Virus record (IMG/VR): IMGVR_UViG_3300045988_074608
Length of the DNA stretch: 64,000 bases
Origin: a virus
Reading direction: 5' to 3' (one strand)
Shown one piece after another: positions 27,201 through 38,039 of this stretch; the first letter of the stretch is position 1; every line of letters begins with the position of its first letter. A model generated the notes under the pieces. That model had not been told where the DNA came from and made no database searches. It worked only from the letters and a program-made list of their open reading frames with translations. A program made the translations under genes and the position numbers.

Positions 27201-29385
27201 AGAATTGTTGTGTAGTTAATGTACCTGTAGGAGTGTATACATTGTCAATATTTGTATCGTGATCATCTTTGTGTTTGTTTCTACAAATAGGTCTTGCTAA
27301 CACACCTTGCGCTATATTTTGAATATCGTTTACAGATCTATGACATCTTACAATTTCATACGAAGTAATCTTATATTTTTCATACTCATTATCACCGTAT
27401 ATCTGTTTCAATTTCTAATTGAACGAATTGATATCTACTTCAAATTGTATTCCTAACGGATAAACTGTTAATTCTGTATTATCGTCTTCTAAAACACCTT
27501 CATCATTATAATGTTGTCCATTTGCACAAAATGTTTCAAAACCAGGATCATTTATAGAAGGAGTTCTAATATCATCTATCCATAAAGCAGAACTACTTTC
27601 TCCTTTACCATTATATAGTACAATTGCAAATCTATATAATTCATCCCTTCTTAAAGATTTCAAACCGTATGAAATACAAGGGTTCGCGTATGTACCATTA
27701 TTATTATTAGGTATATATTTATCTTTTAAGTTTATTCTACCCAAACTTTCAAGTTGTACTTCCCTATCATTTGTAACCAGATCATAGTGTTCTTTTACAA
27801 CATTTACAATTGGTACATTAGTACATTTTGACCATTTTCTAGAATCATCGTTAAAACCATCTGGATATTCTATTCTAATACCTGATACTCTGGAACCAAT
27901 CTATTTTGGATAAGATCTCGTATAATCACCTATAACTGATGTTATAATAAACTACCAGGATATATATTTTCCGCTACCTCCGTATATATGATAATATTCA
28001 TTAGGAGTTTTAAACTTTTTATACTTACAAAGATTTTCAGATATAATAAATGATCTTGTTACATCGTTATAATCATTAAAGAAATCACACTTATCATATT
28101 CAAGACGCTCTTCTGTAGACATAGCGTCTCGTTCTTTCATGAATTCAGAATATTCTTTATCTTCATATATACCATATGATTTTCTAAATTTTACGTGGTT
28201 TTTATTGTCAACTCTAAATGCACGAGCATCAAATTCTTTAGCAATATCATCTAATTCTGACTAATTATCTTTTATATTAGCTGCGAATAATATATCATCT
28301 TTAGCTTCTATAGTCTTAGGTATTACATATACACCTGATAAATTATTAAATTCACTTAATGGTATTATTTGTAAAGCTTCTTGACCACTGTCTGTATACT
28401 ACATAAATTTAGTAACCTCACCAGCATCATCCTCTTCTGAAGATTCTATTATTGATCTATCATATATAAGAGATATTTCAGGTTCTTGACCATTTTGTTT
28501 ATAAAATATTCTATAAATATATACATGGTCAAATAAACTCTAATCACTTTCTAAAGGTATTCTAAGTGATACTCCACAATTTATAGTATCTTTCTCTAAA
28601 CCACCTTTTGATTTTTTACTTATGATGTCATCATCAGTATAACCATATCCTAAATATATAGGTTTTGTAGGTGCTGATAACGGAGATACGTTACCACGCT
28701 TTTTATAAAATCTATAAGCATATTGTACAGTACCTGCTTTCAAACTACCATATACCAAATCACAGAATATAAAAGGTTTTATAACTACATTTGGAAACTA
28801 ATCATACAACTATACATTTCCAAAGTTATTAGCATTAATTTTATCATCAGCTTCTGCAACATTTATAATTTTCATAAAATGTTCACCATCAGCTATGTAA
28901 AGTTTAATATTATCTTCAGTTTCCCATGTTAATACAGTACTTACTTTATCACCGGATAACTGATTTTTTAATTCTGTATTTTTGGTTAAGTTTAAGTCTT
29001 TTGAACAGAATATAAGTTTGCAATATTCTATGTCATTTTCAGCACTATTTTGTTTTATTCTAATAACAGCCCAGTTTTTATGTTCATCTTCGGCTACGAT
29101 TATTCCAATATTACGTGTACTACAAGCTGATAATATTTTATTTACATTAAATGTAAATGTACTAGATAATACAAAGTTTACTTTAGCTATATTTTTAAAT
29201 CCTTCTATAGCACGAATTTCACCATATGAATTAGTTGCATCTGTTTTATTATCGCCATTATATGAACTTACACGTATATTTTCACCATAAAGATACTATC
29301 CTTCTTGTATATTACTGTACGAAACATCTGTATTCATTCCTTTATTAAAGGATGTTATAGATATATTGTTGTTATTAGTAGCCAT
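24259..29385 (-). CDS. Very large tail structural protein (1,708 aa; tail hub/muzzle-like by position only)
   Basis: ATG at 29385 follows the in-frame TAA at 29404-29406. Eight track ORFs (28540..28758 down to 24442..24882) share the frame, and every gap codon I checked contains TAG only. The stop TAA at 24259-24261 overlaps the next start. The N-terminus is MATNNNNISITSFNKGMNTDVSYSNIQEG. Confidence 0.7.
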
Positions 29386-30232
29386 AATAGTAATCGTTAT
29401 AATTTAATTGTTTTCTACCAACATTTTTGAAGAATGTATCATCTCCATCCCATTCTGGGACAAGTTTATTCCATTCATTTTTAATACTACGCATATCTGT
29501 TTCTGTAGGCATCATAGCTTCTGCATAAGCTTGAGCTCTAAAGAAATTCCATTGTTGTTGTAGATAATAGTAAACATTTGCAGAATTTCTTACACTACCA
29601 CCAAGAGAACCTTTCAGATATTTATTGAACGACAACTTCCACATTACATACCAGTATATTGCTTCTTGGTATGATGCTGAGTCTGGTATCAAAGGGTATC
29701 CTCGTTCATCTGTAGCTATTGCTTTGTATGCGAGTTTTATATAACCTTCTGGTTTATTAAATACAAACCAACCTGGTTTTGTAAAATATGTAACATCTTC
29801 ATCTGAATTAAGCTTATCTTCTGCATATTTTACAAGGTTGTTACCATAAAACTAAGACTATGCTGTAGGTAATTTATATCTCATTGGTTGTTCTGGTTCA
29901 TGATGTGTAAATTTATGTTTAACAGGTTCTTTAAAAGTAGCTATTTCAGATCTAACAGGGACCCATGGACCATTTGGATTATTTGAATAAGCTATACCAT
30001 TTAAATCATGCATATCATCCGGTATAGGGACTTGATTTTCATGTATTTTTAATATGGGACACCCTTCTTGTCCTGACTCTTTCTATATATACTACATCGG
30101 TGCCCCAATGTGTTCTATAGCTTCAAATATCCATTCTCTTATGTCGGTTATTCTCATATTTTTCTCCGACATATCTGAATCTGCAAGTATTTTAGCTATA
30201 ACAGATTCACATTTTGTATATTTGTATATCAT
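29375..30232 (-). CDS. Tail-module protein (285 aa), unknown function
   Basis: ATG at 30232 follows the in-frame TAA at 30239-30241. The frame is continuous with track ORF 29375..29692, interrupted by TAG only. The stop TAA at 29375-29377 overlaps the start of the next gene by 11 nt. Confidence 0.65.
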
Positions 30233-30287
30233 CTATATTTATATAATCGTGTTTGTTAAATATAAGCTGTGCCAATGCTCGTTTATT

Positions 30288-30659
30288 CTACCTTACTAGA
30301 TTTAAACTATATTTGTACATATCTGGGAATGTTTTTTTCTGTTTTGACCAGAATAACCTGTATTTATAGCCGTCAGAATGTTCATTTAAATGATAAATAC
30401 GTTTACCATATTCTGCAGAAGCTTTATAATCTACAGATAGGCTCTTATCAGTAAACGTTTTAGGTTTGTATTTACATATACATATGATACCTAATCCAAA
30501 AGGCATTTTAAACACTTCTGAGCGGTTTAAAATTATATCTAGTATACTCTTATTACATTCGTCTAATATGCGCTTAAAACGAACGTAAGGCACGTCTTTG
30601 TTAATCTTATGATATGTTTTATACATATCACGTATAGTGTATGAATTTTTATTTCTCAT
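30288..30659 (-). CDS. Small basic protein, tentatively HU/IHF-like DNA-binding
   Basis: This is an intact track ORF of 123 aa. The motif FKMPFGLGIICICKYKPK resembles the beta-arm region of HU/IHF-like proteins that crAss-like phages carry in the tail module. It ends at TAG; read-through would extend it to TGA at 30207-30209. Confidence 0.5.
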   Translation of the reverse strand: MRNKNSYTIRDMYKTYHKINKDVPYVRFKRILDECNKSILDIILNRSEVFKMPFGLGIICICKYKPKTFTDKSLSVDYKASAEYGKRIYHLNEHSDGYKYRLFWSKQKKTFPDMYKYSLNLVR

Positions 30660-31332
30660 CTTGCTGTGGACCCTTAGGTTTCACACTTGCTAATGTGCTA
30701 TTGTTATCATCATCGCTAGGCATATTTAATATAAATGCTAATTCGTTCTTCATTATCATAGCTTTTATATCTGGTATCATCCATCCTGGAATCTTTATAT
30801 CATCTTCATCACCGTCTTCATCAGAATCTGTAAAAGCACCAGTAACCCATATAAACCTAAGTCTATTCAAATCCGTAAGACCTTCAAGATATATATATTC
30901 GTTTTCATACCACCATCCTAACTCTCCGAATGTGTATTTTCTAAAAAAGTGAAAATGTCTACGTTTCTCATTCATTTTCTGTATAGGACAACCTTCCTGA
31001 TCCTGTACACTAGTTATACAGCTGTCACTAGAACCAGATAATTCTGGTAATTTATCCTTAGTTCTTTTTCTATATAGACATGTATCATCTAATGGTTGTT
31101 CATCAATTAACTCTATAGGACCTATTGTCTTAAGTATATCATCATCGTCCTCTTCATCTTCTTTACCATCTTCTTTATCTTTTTCTTGTTTCTTTTTCAA
31201 AATGGCAGCTTTATATGCGAGAATCCATAATGCTATCTAAGCTCTTGAGAAATCTTCACTTTCACTTACATTATTGTTTCTAATCATGAGTAGAACATCG
31301 TCTATCACACTACGTAATGTAAATAATTTCAT
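30649..31332 (-). CDS. Structural-module protein (227 aa) with acidic tracts
   Basis: ATG at 31332. One in-frame TAG joins it to track ORF 30649..31200. The stop is TAA at 30649-30651. It has D/E-rich stretches (KEDEEDDDD, DSDEDGDEDD). Confidence 0.6.
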
Positions 31333-31333
31333 A

Positions 31334-31765
31334 TTATTCAGATTCTATTATTCTAACATCTTCTCCTTTTAATAAATCGTTTGTATTTACAATTTTATAT
31401 TTATATCGTACAACCTTTTTAAAATCTAATGTAAACAAACGTTTAAAGAAGTTCTTTTTGTTTTTATACTCTTTTTTCTTGTATATGTATAAATACTAAG
31501 TATTACGTACATCTAATTTTATAGATATACTATCTTTACCTATACTGTAATATACATTTGTAAGGTCATTGTATTTAATACTATCTGTAAATATAGTATC
31601 TTTAATAACTGTAACCTAACCCCCTACCCCCTTACTAGTACTAACGTTTAATACCTAGGTTTGGGTTGCTGCTGTAGTTAAACCTTTTGAAGAAATTTTA
31701 TTTTCTTTACGTACACTGTCTATTTGTTGTATTAATTTATCATTAGATTCTTTCAATTTAGACAT
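31334..31765 (-). CDS. Hypothetical protein (143 aa)
   Basis: ATG at 31765, three in-frame TAG codons, and stop TAA at 31334-31336 immediately before the next ATG (TAATATG). Confidence 0.5.
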
Positions 31766-31785
31766 GTCTAGCTATAAAACATTAC

Positions 31786-31824
31786 AAGCCTACTAAGAGT
31801 TGTTCAACAACCCCTAATAGGCTT
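31786..31824 (-). promoter_or_regulatory. Long imperfect stem-loop in the 181-nt gap between the holin and the next gene
   Basis: The sequence is AAGCCTACTAAGAGTTGTTCAACAACCCCTAATAGGCTT. It has an outer 7-bp stem (AAGCCTA/TAGGCTT) and an inner GTTG/CAAC stem. It lies 21 nt upstream of the ATG at 31765. Confidence 0.4.
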
Positions 31825-31946
31825 CAATGTTATTTTGAGCTGTTTCCAAGCGTTCTGAGAGCTTCTAATTCTATTTATGCATAGTTATACCAAACGAAAT
31901 AGATAAAGCTACACAGAGGCTTAAAAAGGCTTCTACAGCGATTCTT

Positions 31947-32459
31947 TTATGACTTAACATCCACGTTATTATCGACTGTATCATTTTTATCATTTATATT
32001 CATTCCTGTATATTCATCACCCTTTTTTCTTAAAAACACGCCTATAGACTTCCATGGACCATTTGGGTCCAATGTATTCAAGTTTTCAAGTATAGACCAC
32101 ATTTCTGTCAAACAGATTATAACAGTAGCACCTCCTGTAAGAACTAAAGGTACACCATCGTTTAATACTGTATATTCCAACAAATGTGCTAATAATAATA
32201 TGGTGAATTCATCTTTTATTTTCTAGAGTGTACCACGCCAATTTTTCTTACTAGTGATTTTTTGTCCAAGCTTTTTTGCAACTTTGATACCGTAAATCAT
32301 ATCTATTACAGTAAATGCAAAACAAGCGACTAATAATCCAACTACAGGGACAATATATGCTGTGAGCAACGCACTTACTCCTAACCATATCTTAGCCCAT
32401 TGGCTTTGTCCACATATAGAATTGAACATATATCCAATCTAAGTAAGTATATTATTCAT
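31947..32459 (-). CDS. Holin (Phage_holin_4_1-like)
   Basis: Track ORFs 32223..32429 and 31947..32183 share a frame and are joined by TAG. There are hydrophobic helices (WLGVSALLTAYIVPVVGLLVACFAFTVIDMIYG), and the motif TEMWSILENL resembles the E-x-x-S-I-x-E-N signature of that holin family. It lies directly downstream of the endolysin. Alternative start at 32429. Confidence 0.65.
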
Positions 32460-32460
32460 A

Positions 32461-32892
32461 TTAGCTTCTCCACATGCTACACTCCCACTATCTTCTTTTA
32501 ACTAATCCTGGTAGTACTCTACCGCCACCTCTAGTCCAACGCATAAACTGATTGCAAATCATATCATCTGATTTACCTTGTTTGATGTATTTGAACAACG
32601 TTGATTTCTAAAAATTACCAACTCCTAAATTGAATATGAAACTAACTAAAGCTCCGAATTGTCCTTGTGTCTTGCACACGCCAAGCTTATTTAAGTATGA
32701 TACTATAGGCTATACATCCTATTTCAAGTATTCTACAGCTTGCTCTTTTGTTATCTTCTATCCTTTTTTAACACCTTTAGTATGTCCATATCCTATTGTC
32801 CAAACACCTGCTGGGCATTTATATGCAGTAAGTACTAAACCTTCAAAATTACATATCCCTTTGATAGTGGTATTGTCAATATTAAATATCAT
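32461..32892 (-). CDS. Endolysin, GH24 (T4/P22 lysozyme-like) muramidase, five in-frame TAG codons
   Basis: My translation gives NFEGLVLTAYKCPAGVWTIGYGHTKGV...QGQFGALVSFIFNLGVGNF...GGGRVLPGLVKRR(TAG)WE. The ATG at 32892 overlaps the upstream TGA (ATGA). The stop is TAA at 32461-32463. Confidence 0.8.
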
Positions 32893-34007
32893 ACAACGTC
32901 CTCAAAATATATACGGAATCCGTTAGAACCTATATCTGAAGTTAGTTTATAAAGTTTACCTCCTGAGAAAACATAAGATCCAGCTTTTACAACTGATGGT
33001 GAAAAGAATCCAACCGATCTAATATTTCCTCCAATATATTCCGGAACAGTATCTTTATTATACCAAGATGATGCTGGAACATTATGTATATTATATACAT
33101 TATTTGTATTAATTCTTTCTGGCTTTATAAGACATGGGAATCCAGCTTCAATATTAGTAGTAGTATCAAAATAAATCTTTTTTTCATCACTACCAGATAC
33201 ATAATAAATTTCAGTATTAGCTCCCCATATTTCTGATATTTGCTACTAAGTCATCGCAAAAGGTAGACACAGAGAATTCTCTTGTCCTGTTTTCAATGCA
33301 CGCTTTAATGTTACATTTGAATTTTTTGCCAACAATATAGGTTTTATATACTATTTAGTTTCGTCCAAAACAACCTCATCATTTGGAAACTCATATGAGT
33401 GTACTGTTCCCCAATATCTATCATGTGAATATTGAACATTTATCTCATAGTGTTTGTTTGCTTCAATTACTGGTTCTACGTTCCACGTTATCTCTTTGGG
33501 GAAGGTTATCGTTGGAATAGATGCTCCGATGTTTATTGAACATAAATATTCATTATTCGTTGTTTTATCAGAAGGTTCTGCTAACATTAATGTTAATGTG
33601 CTATCGACAGTAATATCATATTTTTTGTTAGGTTGTAAAGTTACAACTGTGTCGGTAGAAGTTATAATAGGAGTAATATCAGCTTTTCCATTCATTATTT
33701 CCTATACACTTTTTATATTAGAACCTCCTTTCCCAGAAATGATCACAGAACCGTCTCCTTTTACTTCTAACGCGTTCTTTCTCTCGCCCTTTGTACCATA
33801 TCCAACAGAAAATAAAGTAGCCTTAGGATCGCCTACAACGCCTTCTGGACTATTTGGATTATCACCCTTGGTAGATTTATTCAATATACCAGTAGCAATC
33901 TCCCCATAGTTCGTAGTCTCTGTAGCATAACCTGCCGCGATAGAATTTGCATTACCACACTTGGTACCGAAAAACTAAGTTTCTTGTTTTTTATTATTAT
34001 TTAACAT
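32889..34007 (-). CDS. Tail fiber/spike-like protein (372 aa)
   Basis: ATG at 34007 follows the in-frame TAA at 34020-34022. Track ORFs 33702..33884 and 33351..33695 share the frame, with TAG only in between. The stop TGA at 32889-32891 forms an ATGA overlap with the endolysin. Confidence 0.6.
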
Positions 34008-34009
34008 AA

Positions 34010-34507
34010 TTAAAATAAATTAAAGTAATGTCTCACCCATCGTGGTCGATCAGCATCTTTAAGCTGAGCAACAGACATATCATAACAAGCAATAATATAA
34101 GCATTATTATCATTGTTTACCAATTTAGATATAATATCACCTTGATCTGAAGCGAATTTACACATCGTTACATACAATGCATATTTATTATAATAAGGAG
34201 CATAATCAACACACTTATTATTATGTTCTAATTCGTCGATCACAGAAAAATTAAAAGGTGCTCCAGAGCTACCATCGTAGTTTTTAAAATCTTTTAGAAT
34301 ATTCCTAGCTTCTTTTTCTGTTAAAAAGTTATTATATTTGTATAAACCTTCGGTGCAATTTAATAACTCTTCTATTACATTCGTATCACATTCCGATAAA
34401 TATGACATTACTGTTTTTACTATTGCGCACCTTATTTCAGAATTACTATGCTCATCAATAATAGATGAGATTCTTTCAATATGTGTTTTTATTTTAGACT
34501 TGTCCAT
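34010..34507 (-). CDS. Hypothetical protein (165 aa), no TAG
   Basis: Intact track ORF with ATG start and TAA stop. It is tightly packed between its neighbours. Confidence 0.6.
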   Translation of the reverse strand: MDKSKIKTHIERISSIIDEHSNSEIRCAIVKTVMSYLSECDTNVIEELLNCTEGLYKYNNFLTEKEARNILKDFKNYDGSSGAPFNFSVIDELEHNNKCVDYAPYYNKYALYVTMCKFASDQGDIISKLVNNDNNAYIIACYDMSVAQLKDADRPRWVRHYFNLF

Positions 34508-34979
34508 TGTTATTAGTATTTATAGTGTTTGAAAGATTTGAAATCATATTTTTAATATCCTCGACAGAAGATTCTAACTTAGAGAATCTTTGTTCTGTTT
34601 CTTTCTTCTCCTTAAACACTGGATTAAACTCGGACAATATTTTATTACATTTCTCTACTGTTGTTTTATGTAGATCAATTTGGTTAAGAACTTGTTCAGA
34701 TTGATCTTTGATAGATTCCACCTCACGTAATATAACTTCTCTATTTGGAGATATCACAAGATTTTCAGCATACCCTATCTCAGTATTATCTTTGAATGTG
34801 TATGTTTTTATATTATCCCCTACTTTAATAGTTATGTCGGTTACCATCTGGCTTGTAGTATTATGTAATATGTCAAAATGAGGTAACCCTTTGTTTACAA
34901 CTTTACCTTCTTTAACAGATACTTCTGCTTTATCAAAGATAAATATTGGATAATTAGGATTCAAATCTTTAAACAACAT
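34494..34979 (-). CDS. Hypothetical coiled-coil protein (161 aa), no TAG
   Basis: This is track ORF 34494..35003. I prefer the ATG at 34979 (MLFKDLNP) over the TTG at 35003, which would fall inside the upstream terminator. Confidence 0.55.
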   Translation of the reverse strand: MLFKDLNPNYPIFIFDKAEVSVKEGKVVNKGLPHFDILHNTTSQMVTDITIKVGDNIKTYTFKDNTEIGYAENLVISPNREVILREVESIKDQSEQVLNQIDLHKTTVEKCNKILSEFNPVFKEKKETEQRFSKLESSVEDIKNMISNLSNTINTNNNGQV

Positions 34980-34993
34980 AGTTTGTAAATTTA

Positions 34994-35032
34994 AATAAAA
35001 CAAAAAAGGGAAAGGGATACTGTCCCTCTCCC
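34994..35032 (-). terminator. Rho-independent terminator
   Basis: The minus strand reads GGGAGAGGGA-CAG-TCCCTTTCCC, followed by TTTTTTGTTTTATTT. It lies 14 nt after the TAA of the gene ending at 35046. Confidence 0.75.
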
Positions 35033-35045
35033 TTCGTTAACCATT

Positions 35046-35882
35046 TTATGCACCAGCTGCAGGTGTTGTTTTGAGTGCTGCTATTAAAGTAGCGTTCTGA
35101 CGTTGCTGACTGAGCTCTAATCTAGCATCGTTATACCTTTGCTGTAAATCAGAATTCCAATGATTATTCAACGTATCTATAATGCGCTGAGTGTTATCTT
35201 GATTTGCACGAATTATATCGCACTTATCTTTGGCATTTTGGAAACTTGATGCAGAGAATCCTCGTTCAACGCCTGTTGCAACGTACTGGATTGCATTCTG
35301 CAAAATATTCGTCTGATTACATGTTGCAAGCTGCTGCTCATAACCCATCTTGATAATGTTCTGTTGGGTCTGGCAGCAACAATCTTTAAGTGATTGAATA
35401 ATATTCATATCACCTAAGTTTGCCGCATTGATGACTCTCTCGGCGCTATATCCAATTTTACCTCCAACCTGTTCAATTGCTGAACGAACTGCACAAACAG
35501 AGTTTTGCAATTGATTAAAATCGCAATTGAGATTAGAAGCAAGAGTTTTAAGATCACAGTTATTACCCTAAATAGCTCCCATAAGAAGGTTACTATTCTG
35601 GTTATCTGCCATCTAGCTGCGTAAAGAATCAAGTTGTGATTGGATTTCGGCTCCCTGGAGACCATTTCTGTTGCCCCAGAAACCCCCATTTCCAAACATC
35701 ATGAGGAATACCAAATAAATAAAAGGATTATTCATCCACTAGTTGTTATTCATCATTGATGCCATTGCCAACGGATCTTCATTATTGCGTCCTGCCATAG
35801 CTGCTATAGCAAGAGCATCGTGGTTATTGTATGCGCTCGGATGATCGTAACAATAAACCTTCTCAGTTATCTTATCTTCCAT
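35046..35882 (-). CDS. Cys- and Gln/Asn-rich protein (278 aa) in a GC-enriched island
   Basis: ATG at 35882 follows the in-frame TAA at 35931-35933. Three TAG codons join it to track ORF 35046..35510. It has a hydrophobic N-terminal segment (PFIYLVFLMMFGNGGFWGN) and motifs DCCCQTQQN and NNCDLKTLASNLNCDF. No family recognised. Confidence 0.6.
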
Positions 35883-35960
35883 AGTAAAAAGAATTAAAGG
35901 ATTAATAAAATGGTGTTCGAAATACGAACCTTAATAAAATAACTTGCAAGTTAATAGGCA

Positions 35961-35986
35961 GATTTAGGTGCACCACCACCTAAATC
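35961..35986. repeat. Perfect 10-bp inverted repeat (hairpin) in an intergenic region
   Basis: GATTTAGGTG-caccac-CACCTAAATC. The 12-nt palindrome AACTTGCAAGTT (35941-35952) and the hairpin GTTCG-aaata-CGAAC (35915-35929) lie in the same 190-nt gap. Confidence 0.6.
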
Positions 35987-36071
35987 CAAGTAGAAAAGTC
36001 TACTATTTATATCCGTAACGGATATTTTGATAATCATGGTTGCACAAAAAATGCTAAATTTTGATAATTTA

Positions 36072-36800
36072 TTACATATGAGTGAATATATATGTACCAT
36101 TTTGAGGGTATGGACCTAGATCTACAACCCAAGAACCGCTTTGACCAGCTGTAAGACACATGTTATCAAACGAATAATACGACCCTTTTTTAAGCACAAA
36201 CTGTCTTGCGGAACTGTCTTTATTTGTAGCTGTTATACGCCATTGAGTACGTCCATCAACCATATGTACGTTTTTCTCAACCTTTGTGATATAATTAGAC
36301 GAATCAATAAAAGGAGTTATGCTGTTGATAGTAGAAGAAATATTAGGATATAATTCAACCCATTGTGGAGTTGCTTTATAAATATCATTCAACTCTATTA
36401 AATTTTTAACGTCATCGTTGTAAATATACAGTTTACCTGTTGTTTTATCTTTATATATTACATTATTATATGGAATTTGTCCAATGATTCTTTTAACATT
36501 GGATATCATTGCTGTATTAATACCACTTCCATATACAGTATCGTTGTTACATACATATAAGTGATTTGGTACTGAATTATTTGCCCATGCCTAACTCATG
36601 CTTACAAAACCACCACAAAAATCACTATTGTTATATGTGAGTCTTAAAAAATACACATATGATTTAAGCGTTGCTGAAGTTGCCTAGTGTGGATAACCGT
36701 AATTTAATTCAATTATGCCATCAAACTCTACAATTATATTCTGCTCTTTAACTTTATCAACCAGAGTTGTAAGCCCTTCATAATTTAAATATTTAACCAT
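36072..36800 (-). CDS. Fiber-like protein (242 aa)
   Basis: ATG at 36800 follows the in-frame TAA at 36810-36812. Two TAG codons join it to track ORF 36072..36509. The N-terminus MVKYLNYEGLTTLVDKVKE resembles that of the next gene upstream. Confidence 0.6.
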
Positions 36801-36820
36801 GATTATAATTTATTTATATT

Positions 36821-37681
36821 TTATTTGAATAAGTTCTAAATTTCAGTATCTGTGATTGCTTCAAACGATGAAAGTGCTCCCAATTGACTTTCTACAGTAT
36901 CCAATCTACTTTCTATATCTGTAATACTACTATCAATATTATCAAACTTAGTAGTGAACGGCATAGATGCAGCGCTGGCACTATCTGATGTTTTATATGA
37001 ATGTGCGTATTCTGCTTCAGTTGGTTTTCCTATAGTAATTGTTCTAGTATTACCGCTATCAGAAGACGTTGCATTCATATATTGAGATGAAATTACAACA
37101 TCTTTCCAAGGTACGTTTACATAAGCTTTCTCATTCTCAAGCTTCAGGCCGTATTTTCTATTATTAGGTGAATCAGTATAACCAATCTAAATACCACCAC
37201 GAACACCAGAAGCTGCTAATGGAAGTGAATATGCAGATGGTGTCTGATATACGTGTTTTGTACCATTCCAATACAGATAACCTGCAGATGGAGTAAGACC
37301 CTTAATTGTTTTTCTACCAGAACCAACCACAACATGTTCGGCTGTGATATCAGCAGTTGCTGTAACAGCACCATTAATATTAGCCTGTACAACTGCCCAT
37401 GTTACAGAAGGGGTTGGTGTTGAAGTAACAGTCTGTGCAATAATCATATCACCAGACTCAACGGTCTGTCCGCCTACAGAGAAAGCACCTTTACTTGTAT
37501 CTGCAATATATACATCACCTACTTTTGCAGTAGCAGTATTCAAACTATTAGCACTATTAGCAACTCCTCTGAATACAAGTGCTTGTGAAAGAGCGCTGAC
37601 AGTATCTTTTGTAGCATATTTACCATTAATCTATTTAACAAGTTCTGTAAGACCTATTAGATTTAAATATTTATTTGTCAT
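36821..37681 (-). CDS. Fiber-like protein (286 aa)
   Basis: ATG at 37681. Track ORFs 37187..37543 and 36836..37078 share the frame. The TAG at 36836 is followed four codons later by TAA at 36821-36823. The N-terminus is MTNKYLNLIGLTELVK(TAG)INGKYATKD. Confidence 0.6.
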
Positions 37682-37683
37682 AA

Positions 37684-38028
37684 TTAAAATAAGTTTTTAA
37701 TTTCTTCAACTGAAATATCATTTATATCAGTTTCAAATTTTTTCCAACCTGATGCAGATCGTCTATTAGCCCAATTTTCGAGCATATAATAACAATCTTC
37801 ATCTTTTACATACCACATCTAACCTATTGCAGTATCTCCAGTAGTATCATTGTTCTATTTTAACTACCAATCAAATACTTTCTAATTTTCACCAGTAGCA
37901 ATCAAATCGTTAAATGTGTCTACACGTCTATGTCCAATAACTTCATCAGCATATACAATACCGTAACCGGTATTAGAGAAGTTATTAGTACGCATCGTTC
38001 CAGATTTTATCTGTCCTTCTTTTGCCAT
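37684..38028 (-). CDS. Hypothetical protein (114 aa)
   Basis: ATG at 38028 is preceded by AAGGAGG. There are four in-frame TAG codons. The stop is TAA at 37684-37686. Confidence 0.5.
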
Positions 38029-38039
38029 AATAAACCTCC

